Of a stretch of DNA of 64,000 nt, positions 21,821 to 32,251 are shown piece after piece (positions within the stretch are counted from its first letter, which is position 1; every line of letters begins with the position of its first letter). The DNA comes from Pseudomonadota bacterium (lineage in GTDB: Bacteria > Campylobacterota > Campylobacteria > Campylobacterales > Sulfurimonadaceae): positions 55,608 to 119,607 of the forward strand of contig JAZDQA010000009.1 of assembly GCA_043797085.1 (NCBI GenBank), read 5' to 3'. The translations under genes were made by a program, and so were the position numbers. Below the pieces are notes generated by a model that was given only the letters and a program-made list of their open reading frames with translations, ran no database searches and was not told the origin of the DNA.

Positions 21821-21898
21821 TGAGCGAACACGTCCCGGCAACTACGTTAACACTAGGTTTACTTCGGCAGGAAGCACTCGCGCAGTATATCGCGCTCA
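21821..21898 (-). other. GC-rich structured intergenic element between mqnD and fliQ
   Basis: Closing helix TGAGCG/CGCTCA, with internal helices that need G-U pairs on the minus strand (GAGTGC/GTGTTC, TCCTG/CGGGA). Confidence 0.45.
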
Positions 21899-22771
21899 TT
21901 AACCATTCCTCAATTGGGTGTATTCTTGCGGAATACAAAAATCTCGTGCATCCATTTTTTGATCAAAAAAGTTGTGTTTATAGCCGATTTCAAAAAGTTT
22001 GTTTATCGCTTTAAACTGAAGATCACTGAGGCTGATGGACTCATCGTTGGCGTACAATTCGAGATATTTTTCCAATGTTTCGGCATCAATTCGTACTAAT
22101 GAACGTTCAATGAGCATTTTTGAGAGCAACTCTTTGTGGTCTCGTGCTACTTGTACCGCTTTTGTAAGAAGATTTTCATACGAAATGGCTGACGTCAAAG
22201 GTAAAGAACGTCGAATCGCCATTCCGCCCAAAGGAAGCGGAAGATCCCCGCCGCTTAGTTCGCACCATATATCCCATAATTCTCTCTCGACTACCAAAGA
22301 ATCATCGTAGCCTAAAATACTTTCATGGATCAATACCCCAGCATCCACCGTCCCATCTATAACTGCTTGCTCAATGTCGAGAAAATTCATGTAAACAATT
22401 TTAGCATCAGGATAGGCAATACGAAAGAGAAGGGCATTGGTCGTATATTTTCCGCTGAGTGCCACTTTGAATTTACGTTTTAATACCGTATTGCGCTTGC
22501 GAATAAGCTTAGGTCCATAACCGCTTCCAAAGCTGACTGCGGTGCGAAGAAGGGCATATTCTTGGGCAATATGGGGATATAAACCAAAGCTGATTGCGCT
22601 TATATCGTATGTCCCTTTGAGGGCTTCAACATTAAGCGTTTCAATATCAAGCGGTATATTTTCAAAAACGGTATTAGTATGACCTACCCACCCAAACTTG
22701 ATGGCGTAATACATAAAAATATCATCCGCATCAGGAGAGTGGGCAATTACCATTTTTTTCACTAAAAACAC
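21899..22771 (-). CDS. mqnD: 1,4-dihydroxy-6-naphthoate synthase (futalosine menaquinone pathway)
   Basis: AHSPDADDIFM, DIETLN, GYGP, LIHE, LPLPLGG motifs; the start could be the GTG at 22762. Confidence 0.9.
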   Translation of the reverse strand: MFLVKKMVIAHSPDADDIFMYYAIKFGWVGHTNTVFENIPLDIETLNVEALKGTYDISAISFGLYPHIAQEYALLRTAVSFGSGYGPKLIRKRNTVLKRKFKVALSGKYTTNALLFRIAYPDAKIVYMNFLDIEQAVIDGTVDAGVLIHESILGYDDSLVVERELWDIWCELSGGDLPLPLGGMAIRRSLPLTSAISYENLLTKAVQVARDHKELLSKMLIERSLVRIDAETLEKYLELYANDESISLSDLQFKAINKLFEIGYKHNFFDQKMDARDFCIPQEYTQLRNG

Positions 22772-22855
22772 CTCTTAAGTTTACAAATCTATGTAAATTT
22801 TAACGAAATAACGCTAAAATATCTCTATAAATATTCGAATGAATGTATTGTATTG

Positions 22856-22898
22856 CAATTTGTCATATTTTTAACAAATATTTTCAATTTGTCATATT
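22856..22898. promoter_or_regulatory. 14-bp perfect direct repeat in the mqnD/recA divergent promoter region
   Basis: CAATTTGTCATATT at 22856-22869 and 22885-22898. Confidence 0.5.
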
Positions 22899-22940
22899 AT
22901 TGTCTAACTTTATATTTTACCCTTTTAGGAGAACACGACA

Positions 22941-23981
22941 ATGGTAGATCCAAACAAACTCAAATCACTCGAATTGGCTATGAAACAAATCGATAAAACA
23001 TTCGGCAAAGGGACGCTTATGCGTCTAGGCGATAAGGTAATTGAGCCTATTGGCTCAATTAGTACGGGCTCGCTTGGACTTGATTTAGCGCTTGGAATTG
23101 GCGGAGTTCCTGAGGGGCGCGTAGTTGAGATTTATGGACCTGAGAGTTCAGGAAAAACAACTTTGACCCTTCATATTATCGCCGAAGCGCAACGAAAAGG
23201 GTCTATTTGTGCCTTTATCGATGCGGAACATGCATTGGATGTTGGATACGCTAAAAATTTGGGCGTGGATGTTGAAAATCTTCTTGTCTCACAACCTGAT
23301 TATGGCGAACAAGCACTCGACATTGTCGAAACCATTGCCCGCAGCGGTGCCGTCGATCTTATCGTCATTGACTCTGTAGCAGCCCTAACCCCTAAAGTAG
23401 AAATCGAAGGGGAAATGGGAGATCAGCAAGTAGGAGTACAAGCACGTCTCATGTCCAAAGCATTGCGTAAGCTCACTGGTGTTTTGCACAAAATGAATTG
23501 TACTATTATCTTTATCAACCAAATCCGTATGAAAATCGGAACCATGGGATACGGTTCACCTGAAACAACCACAGGGGGAAATGCTCTGAAATTTTACGCA
23601 TCGGTTCGTATCGATATTCGTAAAATCGCAACGCTTAAACAAGGTGAGAGCCAAATCGGAAATCGCGTTAAAGCCAAAGTCATTAAAAATAAAGTGGCTC
23701 CTCCGTTTCGTCAGGCAGAATTTGACATCATGTTTGGAGAAGGTATCTCTAAAGAGGGCGAACTTGTTGATTACGGCGTAAAACTTGATATAATAGACAA
23801 AAGCGGAGCATGGTTTAGTTTTGAAGATACAAAACTAGGACAAGGTCGTGAAAACGTTAAGCAAAAGTTCAAAGACGAGCCTGAGCTGGCAAAGAAAATC
23901 GAAGAAAAAATTAAATCTGCAATGGGTGTTAATAACATCATGATTATGGGTGAATCTGAAATGAATGAGGTGGATGAATGA
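22941..23981 (+). CDS. recA: Recombinase RecA
   Basis: [31 protein letters not shown] motifs. Confidence 0.98.
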   Translation: MVDPNKLKSLELAMKQIDKTFGKGTLMRLGDKVIEPIGSISTGSLGLDLALGIGGVPEGRVVEIYGPESSGKTTLTLHIIAEAQRKGSICAFIDAEHALDVGYAKNLGVDVENLLVSQPDYGEQALDIVETIARSGAVDLIVIDSVAALTPKVEIEGEMGDQQVGVQARLMSKALRKLTGVLHKMNCTIIFINQIRMKIGTMGYGSPETTTGGNALKFYASVRIDIRKIATLKQGESQIGNRVKAKVIKNKVAPPFRQAEFDIMFGEGISKEGELVDYGVKLDIIDKSGAWFSFEDTKLGQGRENVKQKFKDEPELAKKIEEKIKSAMGVNNIMIMGESEMNEVDE

Positions 23982-25246
23982 TTTTTATTGATGAAGTAAG
24001 CGCAATTGAAGTAATGGATTCTCGTGGCAATCCAACCGTAAAAGCAACAGTACAGTTGAGTGACGGAACACGCGAAAGTGCAATCGTACCAAGCGGTGCA
24101 AGTACAGGCAAACGTGAAGCGCTGGAATTACGTGATGGTGACAGTCGTTACATGGGTAAAGGTGTACTCAAAGCGGTGGGTCACGTTAATAATGAAATCG
24201 CTGATGCAATCATGGGTCTTAGCCCTTATAATCAAGCAATGGTCGATGCTGTTATGAAAGAAATCGATGGTACTGAAAACTATGGTAACCTTGGAGCTAA
24301 TGCTGTTTTAGGTGTTTCCATGGCGGTTGCTCGAGCTGCTGCTAAAAGTTTAGATATTCCTCTTTATCGATATCTCGGCGGTGCGAATGCAATGGTTATA
24401 CCGGTTCCAATGCTCAACATCATCAATGGCGGATCTCATGCGGATAACAGCGTTGATTTTCAAGAGTATATGATTATGCCGATTGGTTTTAACGATTTTA
24501 GTGAAGGGTTACGTGCATCTGCTGAAGTGTACCACAATCTAAAAGGAATTTTAAAAGCCAAAAAGCACAATACGGCATTGGGTGACGAAGGTGGTTTTGC
24601 ACCCGATTTAAGTTCCAATGAAGAGCCTATTCAAATCATCATGGAAGCGATCGAAAAAGCGGGCTATAAAGCAGGTGAACAAATCGCTATCGCACTTGAC
24701 GTTGCGGCATCTGAGCTTGTTACGGAAGGTGGCTACAAACTCGACTCTGAAAACAGAACCGTAACATCCGCTGAATTGGTCGATTACTATGTTGATCTTT
24801 GCTCTAAATATCCTATCGTTTCGATCGAAGACGGCTTAAGCGAAGATGATTGGGATGGATGGAAAATTCTAACTGAAAAATTGGGATCAAAAGTTCAACT
24901 CGTCGGAGATGATTTGTTCGTGACCAATGCCAATATTTTGGCAGAGGGAATTACAAAAGGGATTGCTAACTCAATCCTCATCAAGCCTAACCAAATCGGT
25001 TCCGTTTCTGAAACAATGCTAACCGTTCGTTTGGCTCAGCGTAATGGTTATAAATGTGTTATGTCACACCGCTCAGGCGAGAGTGAAGATGCATTTATTG
25101 CGGACTTTGCCGTTGCGCTCAACTGCGGTGAGATCAAAACCGGGTCAACTGCGAGAGGTGAACGTACAGCTAAATACAACCGTTTGCTTGAAATCGAAAA
25201 TGAAGTGATGTACGGTGAATACCTTGGGAGTAGTTTATTTAAATAA
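23978..25246 (+). CDS. eno: Enolase
   Basis: [30 protein letters not shown] motifs. Confidence 0.98.
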   Translation: MIFIDEVSAIEVMDSRGNPTVKATVQLSDGTRESAIVPSGASTGKREALELRDGDSRYMGKGVLKAVGHVNNEIADAIMGLSPYNQAMVDAVMKEIDGTENYGNLGANAVLGVSMAVARAAAKSLDIPLYRYLGGANAMVIPVPMLNIINGGSHADNSVDFQEYMIMPIGFNDFSEGLRASAEVYHNLKGILKAKKHNTALGDEGGFAPDLSSNEEPIQIIMEAIEKAGYKAGEQIAIALDVAASELVTEGGYKLDSENRTVTSAELVDYYVDLCSKYPIVSIEDGLSEDDWDGWKILTEKLGSKVQLVGDDLFVTNANILAEGITKGIANSILIKPNQIGSVSETMLTVRLAQRNGYKCVMSHRSGESEDAFIADFAVALNCGEIKTGSTARGERTAKYNRLLEIENEVMYGEYLGSSLFK

Positions 25247-25563
25247 TGAACTATCAAGAGCATGACCAAATACTCGATTCAAGCGTCGCTGAACAGAGTT
25301 TCAGTGAACGTCGTTTTGGTCTCTCAACTCCAAAATTTTTTCTGGTAGCTGGCTTAATTGTAGCTATTTTATTCTATCTCAGTGTTCTTATTTTTGGAAA
25401 CAATTCTCTTTTAGTTTTAATCAATCTTGAAGAGTATCAAACCTTTCTTTCAGAAGACATTGAGCATCTAAAAAGTGAAAATGCTTCCTTACAAAAGCAA
25501 TATTTTGAGCTAAAAGAATTAGACGCTGATTCTGGATCAATACAAAAAGATGAGCAACAATGA
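25246..25563 (+). CDS. Septum formation initiator (FtsB/DivIC-like)
   Basis: One TM, FGNNSL motif and a coiled coil; conserved position after eno. Confidence 0.75.
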   Translation: MNYQEHDQILDSSVAEQSFSERRFGLSTPKFFLVAGLIVAILFYLSVLIFGNNSLLVLINLEEYQTFLSEDIEHLKSENASLQKQYFELKELDADSGSIQKDEQQ

Positions 25564-26171
25564 AAAAAACACTCCTTCTCTCATCTCTTTTAATTACAAC
25601 TCTTTTTGCACGTGAAAATCCATTTTTCGCTCTTTCAGAAGGGGGGAGTCTTCCCATATCATCTGAGATAAACGACCATAAACCTCCGCTTACATCAATG
25701 ACCTATAACTTTCCCAACAACTCACGCCTTCTCAAAGATGTAAGTTTTACCCTTCAAAATGTTGATGGAAGTTTCGAAACCCGAAAGCTTGAGATTGACC
25801 AAAGTATTGACTGGCGATCCCCTCTCGTACTTTCACAATCAAACTCACAAACTCATTCCTCTGCAACTGAAAATAAATCTTCTTCAAACAGCAGCTTTAT
25901 ACAATTTGTTAATTCAGGCAATCAAATATCTCTTATTAGTAAAAAATCCATGCTGCGCCACTTTACGCTAAGTGATCCACACACTGTTATCATAGATTTT
26001 AAGTATGCCGGAGTATTTGAACCTTATCAAAAAGAGCTCTCTTCACGTCCCTATACAAAAATAAAAGTAACCAACCATGGCAGTTTTGCACGAGTCATCC
26101 TGACTCTTGACGGACCTCATGTTTGCAACGTTTCTAAAACAGAACAAGGTGCTAGTGTTATTTGTAAATAA
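25560..26171 (+). CDS. AMIN domain-containing periplasmic protein
   Basis: Signal peptide followed by ARENPF; RHFTLSDP..IIDF motif. Confidence 0.82.
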   Translation: MKKTLLLSSLLITTLFARENPFFALSEGGSLPISSEINDHKPPLTSMTYNFPNNSRLLKDVSFTLQNVDGSFETRKLEIDQSIDWRSPLVLSQSNSQTHSSATENKSSSNSSFIQFVNSGNQISLISKKSMLRHFTLSDPHTVIIDFKYAGVFEPYQKELSSRPYTKIKVTNHGSFARVILTLDGPHVCNVSKTEQGASVICK

Positions 26172-26174
26172 TAA

Positions 26175-26323
26175 CTGACGTTACGCACTTACGCAATTGA
26201 GTGATTTTCTTGATAATTCAACTCTAAACTTCATTCGTTAAGAGGTAGAGGTGCTTTGATTTACGTAATTTAGCACATGTATCTTTGAATTTTCAAGAAA
26301 ATCACTCAATTGCGTAATATCAG
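26175..26323. mobile_element. MITE-like element, most intact copy (149 bp)
   Basis: TIRs CTGACGTTACGCA(CTTACGCA)ATTGAGTGATTTTCTTGATAATTCAA and TTGAATTTTCAAGAAAATCACTCAATTGCGTAATATCAG; perfect 7-bp flanking direct repeat ATAATAA. Confidence 0.85.
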
Positions 26324-26347
26324 ATAATAAAAGAAGAGAGAGCTGGA

Positions 26348-26366
26348 TCCCGTAACAAGTACGGGA
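26348..26366. repeat. Palindromic hairpin downstream of tpx (terminator or REP-like)
   Basis: TCCCGTA-ACAAG-TACGGGA. Confidence 0.55.
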
Positions 26367-26380
26367 CGAGTAGAAAATGA

Positions 26381-26884
26381 TTACGCTACAGCAGCCAAAG
26401 CAGCATCGTAGTTAGGCTCTTCTGTGATTTCAGGAACGATTTCTTTATACGTAACAACACCCTCTTCGTTTACTGCGAAAATTGCGCGACATGTTACGCC
26501 TGCAAGAACTGAACCGCCAAGCAATACACCATAAGCATTTGCAAATTCTTTGTTGCGGAAGTCAGAACATACAGTCAAGTTATCAATACCTTCAGCTTGG
26601 CAAAAACGTCCTGCTGCAAACGGAAGGTCAAGAGATACGATAGTTACCGTAACATCAGAAAGACCTGCCGCTTTTGCATTGAAATTACGAGTTTCAGTAG
26701 CACATACGCCTGTATCCAAAGAAGGAACAACGATAATAAGTTGTTTTTTACCTGTTGCGCCGCCTACAGTAACATCACCAAGACCTGCTGAGTTTACTAC
26801 CGTAATTGCCGGTGCTTTATCGCCAACGTTAACAGTGTTTCCTAAAAGTTCTACGTCTGTACCTTTGAATTTTGTTGTTGCCAT
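26381..26884 (-). CDS. tpx: Thiol peroxidase
   Basis: VPSLDTGVC, SLDLPFA..RFC, EPNYD motifs. Confidence 0.95.
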   Translation of the reverse strand: MATTKFKGTDVELLGNTVNVGDKAPAITVVNSAGLGDVTVGGATGKKQLIIVVPSLDTGVCATETRNFNAKAAGLSDVTVTIVSLDLPFAAGRFCQAEGIDNLTVCSDFRNKEFANAYGVLLGGSVLAGVTCRAIFAVNEEGVVTYKEIVPEITEEPNYDAALAAVA

Positions 26885-26977
26885 TTTGGGCTCCTGTATT
26901 TATTTATATGGGGAATTGTACAAAAATCAGACAATTTTACTCTGAATTCTAAAATATATGTTTTAGATTAAGCTAAA

Positions 26978-27955
26978 TCACAGTTTGCAACGAGGATTAA
27001 TCGCCACATCTGCATGATTCACAAAGAGATCAAGGGAATACGCTTCCAATGCGCATCGACCTATCATCGCCGCATTATCGGAACAGAACTCCAAGGGAGC
27101 TAATAATAATGGGGCTTTATAGGGTGTAAGTATCTGCTGAACTTGTGAACGTAAATAGAGGTTAGCACTTGCACCGCCTACGATAGCAAAGCGTACAGGT
27201 GGTTTGATTTTGAAATATTTTTTGAGCTTTTGGATCAAATGATCGGTGGCGGTTTTTTGAAATGCGGCGGCTATATCAGGGTATGATTCGACCGAAGCAG
27301 ATTCAACTGCTAAACGAACTTGATTTTTAAGTCCTGAGTAACTAAAAGCAATCAACGGTGATTGCCATAGAGGGACGGTAAATGAAAGCTTAGAAGCATC
27401 ACCGCTTTGGGCTAGCTTCTCAATCACAGGTCCCCCTGGATAACCTAGCTTCATCATCTTTGCTACTTTATCGAAACTTTCTCCATAGCTATCATCCATA
27501 GTGGTTGCAACCGTTTCCATCTGAGAGTACGATTTAACCTCAATGAGTTGCGTATGCCCCCCCGAAACCAAAAGCACTGTCAAGGGTAATACAGACTGCT
27601 TTTCAATAAAGAGAGAGTAGATGTGCCCTTTTAAGTGGTTAATCGGCAAAATGGGTATATTAAGGCTGATTGCGAGCGCTTTTGCCATCACAACACCCTC
27701 GATCAGCGTTACCCCTAATCCCGGTTCACTGGTTACGGCAACGGCTTTTAATGCACTAAACCACGGTTCACATTCGCTTAAAATAGCCGGAAGAGCGATG
27801 GCATGAAGACGACTGGCAAGTTCTGGAACCACACCGCCGTATTGGGAATGTTCGAGCTCTTGGGATATTTTTTTATGGTAGATGAGTTTTTTGGTTGCAA
27901 TCTCAGTAATCGCAATTGAGCTGTCGTCACACGAACTTTCTATGCTCAGGATCAT
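26978..27955 (-). CDS. tsaD: tRNA threonylcarbamoyladenosine biosynthesis protein TsaD
   Basis: [35 protein letters not shown] motifs; start MILSIE at 27955. Confidence 0.96.
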   Translation of the reverse strand: MILSIESSCDDSSIAITEIATKKLIYHKKISQELEHSQYGGVVPELASRLHAIALPAILSECEPWFSALKAVAVTSEPGLGVTLIEGVVMAKALAISLNIPILPINHLKGHIYSLFIEKQSVLPLTVLLVSGGHTQLIEVKSYSQMETVATTMDDSYGESFDKVAKMMKLGYPGGPVIEKLAQSGDASKLSFTVPLWQSPLIAFSYSGLKNQVRLAVESASVESYPDIAAAFQKTATDHLIQKLKKYFKIKPPVRFAIVGGASANLYLRSQVQQILTPYKAPLLLAPLEFCSDNAAMIGRCALEAYSLDLFVNHADVAINPRCKL

Positions 27956-28485
27956 TGTATCACCCACTCTTTTACCCAAGGCCATTCTCCAAATCCAGCA
28001 TCAGCGTTAAGGTGTCCGCCATTGCTTATCACCATCATCTCCACACCAAGTACCTTTTGCAGCTCTAACGCCTCTTCTTGGCTCATGTAAGGGTCATTAT
28101 CGGAGGTTACCAGCATAACCTCATCGGCATACAATGAATTCGGAGCTTCAAGGGGAAAAAAGCTTTTGAGAGTTTCGAGCTCGCAAGTCAAACGGGGAGG
28201 CGCAACCAAAAGAAGTCGTTTGACCGGAGTGATCTCACCTTCCTGACACAAATGAAACCATAAACTATTAGCCAGTGAATGACAGACAACAACCTCAGGT
28301 TGAAATTCATTTAAAAGGGCTTTTACTTGCTTCATCCATCTATTTTTACTCGGAAAATGGGGGTTATCCAAAAGGGGAAAAGAGACTGTTCCGTACTCTT
28401 TGGCTATTTCGCCTGCGAGCCATGCTTGCCAATGGGGATCATCACTTCCACCCCATCCGTGCAATAAAAGGGTTTTTTGTCTCAT
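27952..28485 (-). CDS. Alpha/beta hydrolase (YdeN/RBBP9 family)
   Basis: HGWGGS...HWQ, HSL nucleophile motif, SDNDPY, GGHLN. Confidence 0.88.
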   Translation of the reverse strand: MRQKTLLLHGWGGSDDPHWQAWLAGEIAKEYGTVSFPLLDNPHFPSKNRWMKQVKALLNEFQPEVVVCHSLANSLWFHLCQEGEITPVKRLLLVAPPRLTCELETLKSFFPLEAPNSLYADEVMLVTSDNDPYMSQEEALELQKVLGVEMMVISNGGHLNADAGFGEWPWVKEWVIQ

Positions 28486-29555
28486 GCGAGACTCCTGACA
28501 TACTGACGCACTTCAGTGTTGAGAGCAAAAATATCTTCAATGCATTTTGGCTCTTGCTCAAAGCGCTTAAAAGCATCCATAACCCGCTTTGATATCTCCA
28601 AAAAGGAAATTTTGCCCTCGACAAACTGCTCGATTGCCACTTCATTGGCAGCATTGACGATTACTCCTCGTGCTGGGTTTGCCAACAGCTCTTGTCGAAT
28701 GTCCCAAATCGGATAACGATCACTGGTGATCTCTCGAAATTCCAAAGATCCTACTTCAAGCAAATTAACCGATTGTAAAATCTTTTCATCACTCTTTCCC
28801 ATTAACGCATACGCGATGGGCAGCTGCATGTTGGCATTTGCAATATGGGCAGTAGTCGAACCGTCTTGGTAGTCAATCAGAGCATGGATAATCGATTTTG
28901 TTTCGATAATCGCATCGTATTCACCCTCACCAAACAGCCATCTAGCCTCTAAAAGCTCAAACATTTTATTCATCATCGAGGCGCTGTCAATCGTGATCTT
29001 TTGACCCATCGACCAATTGGGATGATTAAGGGCGTCTTTGAGCGTCGCCTCTTGGATTTTTTCAATCGGCCAATCTCTAAATGCACCGCCACTGGCAGTA
29101 ATGAGCATCCGCGAGATAGGGCGTGCGGTTTGATTGAGATACCATAATCCAAAATGTTCACTGTCGATGGGGATAATTCGGGAAGTATCCACGAAAGCAC
29201 CGCCGACAACTAATGATTCTTTGTTCGCTAATGCGATACGTTTGCCGCATTCCAACGCTTTTAACGTCGGTCTAAATCCTGCGAATCCGACAAGAGCATT
29301 GACGACAAAATCAGAAGTCGATGCCTCTATCGCCTCTAAAATCGCCTCTTCTCCCGCATAAACATTGGGATGATTGACATGAATAATATCTTGGGGATTT
29401 AAAACAACGACACATTTTGGGGAAAATTGTTGGATTTGTTGATTGAGGAGGGTAATGTTTCGCCCTGCAACGAGGGTATCAACGTTGAGATGAAAACGCT
29501 TGGCAATAGCAAGCGCATTGACACCGATAGAGCCCGTCGATCCTAAAAGGATCAA
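28482..29555 (-). CDS. dxr: 1-deoxy-D-xylulose 5-phosphate reductoisomerase
   Basis: GSTGSIG, LANKES, PIDSEH, TASGG, HPNWSMG motifs. Confidence 0.97.
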   Translation of the reverse strand: MILLGSTGSIGVNALAIAKRFHLNVDTLVAGRNITLLNQQIQQFSPKCVVVLNPQDIIHVNHPNVYAGEEAILEAIEASTSDFVVNALVGFAGFRPTLKALECGKRIALANKESLVVGGAFVDTSRIIPIDSEHFGLWYLNQTARPISRMLITASGGAFRDWPIEKIQEATLKDALNHPNWSMGQKITIDSASMMNKMFELLEARWLFGEGEYDAIIETKSIIHALIDYQDGSTTAHIANANMQLPIAYALMGKSDEKILQSVNLLEVGSLEFREITSDRYPIWDIRQELLANPARGVIVNAANEVAIEQFVEGKISFLEISKRVMDAFKRFEQEPKCIEDIFALNTEVRQYVRSLA

Positions 29556-30313
29556 GCAAGACCCCGTAAAAAGATGAGCATAATAATGGCTCCGAAAAGA
29601 TACCCGTCAATGCGGTCAAGTATTCCGCCATGTCCCGGGAGGATATTTCCACTGTCTTTTACACCCGCCTGACGCTTAAGATAACTCTCAAATAAGTCAC
29701 CAAAAACCGCTGCCATTGCCGTAAGCATCGAGATAAGAATGGCTTGGGTCATATCTTCAACGATGCCGATTCCGATAAAAAAACCAGCCACAGTAGCAAC
29801 GGCTATTCCGCCATAGACACCTTCTCGTGTCTTACTTGGGCTTGAAATCGAAAAAGGGGTACGCCCGATACTTTTTCCTACGAAATAAGCACCAATGTCT
29901 GCCGAAGCAACAACAACAAGAAGCCATAACAACGCTCCAATACCGTATTCTTCATACAGACTTAGAATATAAAGCATTCCCGCTGTGGGGTATAAAAAGG
30001 GGAGAAAGTTTCGAAAAGGAATATTTTGGGTGTACGCTACTGCCCCTACGAATATCAGTCCCGAAATCACCAGTAAATCTTCACTGTACGGATAAATGGA
30101 TGCGATAATCCATAGAATCGCGGCGTACGCATAAAGTGAATTGTTGTTAATTCCAAAAAGACGTGTTGCTTCATGGAATGCAAGCATATATACAGCGCCT
30201 AAAACAAGCCATATAAGCCAAAAGTTGTTAATAAGTCCAATGGCTAGAACCCCTAATCCTAAAAAAACGGCGGTAATAATGCGTGTTTGTAACGCATTTG
30301 CGGATGGTTGCAT
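29552..30313 (-). CDS. cdsA: Phosphatidate cytidylyltransferase
   Basis: SPSKT.EG and GDLFESYLKR.AGVKDSG..LPGHGGILDRID motifs. Confidence 0.95.
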   Translation of the reverse strand: MQPSANALQTRIITAVFLGLGVLAIGLINNFWLIWLVLGAVYMLAFHEATRLFGINNNSLYAYAAILWIIASIYPYSEDLLVISGLIFVGAVAYTQNIPFRNFLPFLYPTAGMLYILSLYEEYGIGALLWLLVVVASADIGAYFVGKSIGRTPFSISSPSKTREGVYGGIAVATVAGFFIGIGIVEDMTQAILISMLTAMAAVFGDLFESYLKRQAGVKDSGNILPGHGGILDRIDGYLFGAIIMLIFLRGLA

Positions 30314-30378
30314 CGGGTTTCCTGATGGAGGTGTTTAATTATCGCGATTATACCATTTTTAAATGTGCTTTTTATAAT

Positions 30379-30529
30379 TTAATGTTACGCACTTATGCAT
30401 ATTGAGTGATTTTCTTGAAAATTCAACTCTAAACTTCATTCGTTAAGAGATAGAGGTGCTTTGATTTACGTAATTTAGCACGTGTAACTTTGAATTTTCA
30501 AGAAAATCATTCAATATGGGCAACATCAG
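30379..30529. mobile_element. MITE-like element, second copy
   Basis: Near-identical to 26175-26323. Right end abuts the stop codon at 30530. Flanks TTATAAT/TTACACT match at 5 of 7 positions. Confidence 0.85.
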
Positions 30530-30835
30530 TTACACTTTAATATCTAAAATATGGAGAGATTTTGCAGGAGCCTCTTCACTTTGAGGCTGTTCTTCATCAC
30601 TGGAACGACGTTCTTCTTGTTCGGCTTGTTCTTTCGTATGTTCACGATTGGAGTCAACCGCTTTATTTTCTTCTGTGGGACGAACTTCTTGTACCTCTTT
30701 TTTTTGCTCTTTCGAGATAGCCTGTGCGGCAAGCGCTTGGAGCTCAAGCCTGTTTTGTATCGCACCCACTTCAGCGGCAATGCCTGCCATTTGCTGATTT
30801 GCATAAATAACGCCACCAACAGGAGAGATTGCCAT
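30530..30835 (-). CDS. Conserved hypothetical protein (Glu/Gln-rich, C-terminal LDIKV)
   Basis: Start MAISPVGG with AAGGA SD; co-oriented with the NFACT gene. Confidence 0.75.
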   Translation of the reverse strand: MAISPVGGVIYANQQMAGIAAEVGAIQNRLELQALAAQAISKEQKKEVQEVRPTEENKAVDSNREHTKEQAEQEERRSSDEEQPQSEEAPAKSLHILDIKV

Positions 30836-30845
30836 AAAAAATCCT

Positions 30846-32171
30846 TTACTGCTTATCAATCACCAATGTTTTAAAGTTCGTATAGAGAACATTCGCCCCC
30901 TCTTGAACCCGCACTTCTCTTCTTGGAGTATAATCGACCAAATACGATCCTTTTTCAAATACAGAAAAATCAACGCACAGTTTTGCTGCAGCTTCCAAAA
31001 TATTTCGAGGAAGTTCTTGCTTATCGGTGGTAATGATGACGTGGGCTGAAGGTCTGTCTTTTAGATGCAGCCAAACATCACGCGCACGGGCATTACGCAG
31101 CAGTTCAATATTTCCTCGTTCACTTTTACCCAGTGAAATTTTTATCCCCTCAACCCAAAACAATGCAATAGACTCGCTTTGTTGATGCTTCACTCCTCGC
31201 AGTTTTGCAGGAAAAAGCATCGCTATCTCTTCGGGCTGCAACGCATTGTGAATGGTGTGGAGAAACAACTCTAAATGGCGAATTTTTTCCTCAAGATTTT
31301 CACGCTCTTTAAAAAGTCCCTGTGCTTTTTGTTTGGCTTTTTTGGAACGCCTGAAAAACATTTCTGCCATTCGAGCGCCGGTGTGATACCCTTGCGGTAC
31401 TTCTATCGTTATCTCATCGCCATTAAAATCATTCAACACTACGGTTGTCTCATACCCTTGGATGCGGTGGAGATTTGCCAATATCAGATGTCCTGCATGT
31501 TGTGCGTATGCCGAGTCATTTAACAATGCCTCTTCGTCAACCAGCGCTTCTATATGCATACGCAGTTGTCTTAAACGCTTTTCAATGAGCGTACTTTTCT
31601 CTTTTTTTAACTTATCCAGCTTAGCTTGCGCATACACATCATACGTGTTGCGTAAAAAATCTTCTACATTTTCCAAAGGATAAAATATGGGGGTAAAGTC
31701 GGGACGCGGAGGATTAAGAAGAACTTCTCCGACTCGTACGCTTCGTACGGAAACATTTTCATCGATATGACGCAATGCTTCTAAAACAATCTCCTCTTTA
31801 TCGAGCAAAACAGCATTCGTATATTTTCCCGTAAATTCAAATTGTAATAAGGTGACTTCGCTCTTATAAGAACCGCTTTGCGTCACTGCGATACGGACGA
31901 TTTTGTCATTATTATGGAGAGTAATCGATTGGATCACCGAACGATTAAATCGTTTCGCGAGCAATACGTCAAAAGGAGCCTGATAAACTTTTGACCGCTT
32001 TGAATCAGGGGAGATGAAAACCGTTGCATTATCGCGCCGCATATCAAACGTCCACACCGATTCTCGATCAAATTCAAAGCTTATTTGGGTGTCGCTCACG
32101 CGATATGCTCGCTCTATTTGGTTAAACTTCTGCATCGTTTCAACGATTTGCTGTAAGTGGGAATGTTTCAT
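30846..32171 (-). CDS. NFACT family protein (RqcH/FbpA-like)
   Basis: [13 protein letters not shown]...LEALRHI; C-terminal NFACT-R with W.H.K..PSAHV and VDYT. Confidence 0.9.
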   Translation of the reverse strand: MKHSHLQQIVETMQKFNQIERAYRVSDTQISFEFDRESVWTFDMRRDNATVFISPDSKRSKVYQAPFDVLLAKRFNRSVIQSITLHNNDKIVRIAVTQSGSYKSEVTLLQFEFTGKYTNAVLLDKEEIVLEALRHIDENVSVRSVRVGEVLLNPPRPDFTPIFYPLENVEDFLRNTYDVYAQAKLDKLKKEKSTLIEKRLRQLRMHIEALVDEEALLNDSAYAQHAGHLILANLHRIQGYETTVVLNDFNGDEITIEVPQGYHTGARMAEMFFRRSKKAKQKAQGLFKERENLEEKIRHLELFLHTIHNALQPEEIAMLFPAKLRGVKHQQSESIALFWVEGIKISLGKSERGNIELLRNARARDVWLHLKDRPSAHVIITTDKQELPRNILEAAAKLCVDFSVFEKGSYLVDYTPRREVRVQEGANVLYTNFKTLVIDKQ

Positions 32172-32251
32172 TTGAATTATATTTCCTTATTTCAGAAGCG
32201 CTTTATCAAAAAAGAATTAGAATAGTTGAACCAAACAGAAGGTGGCTTTAC

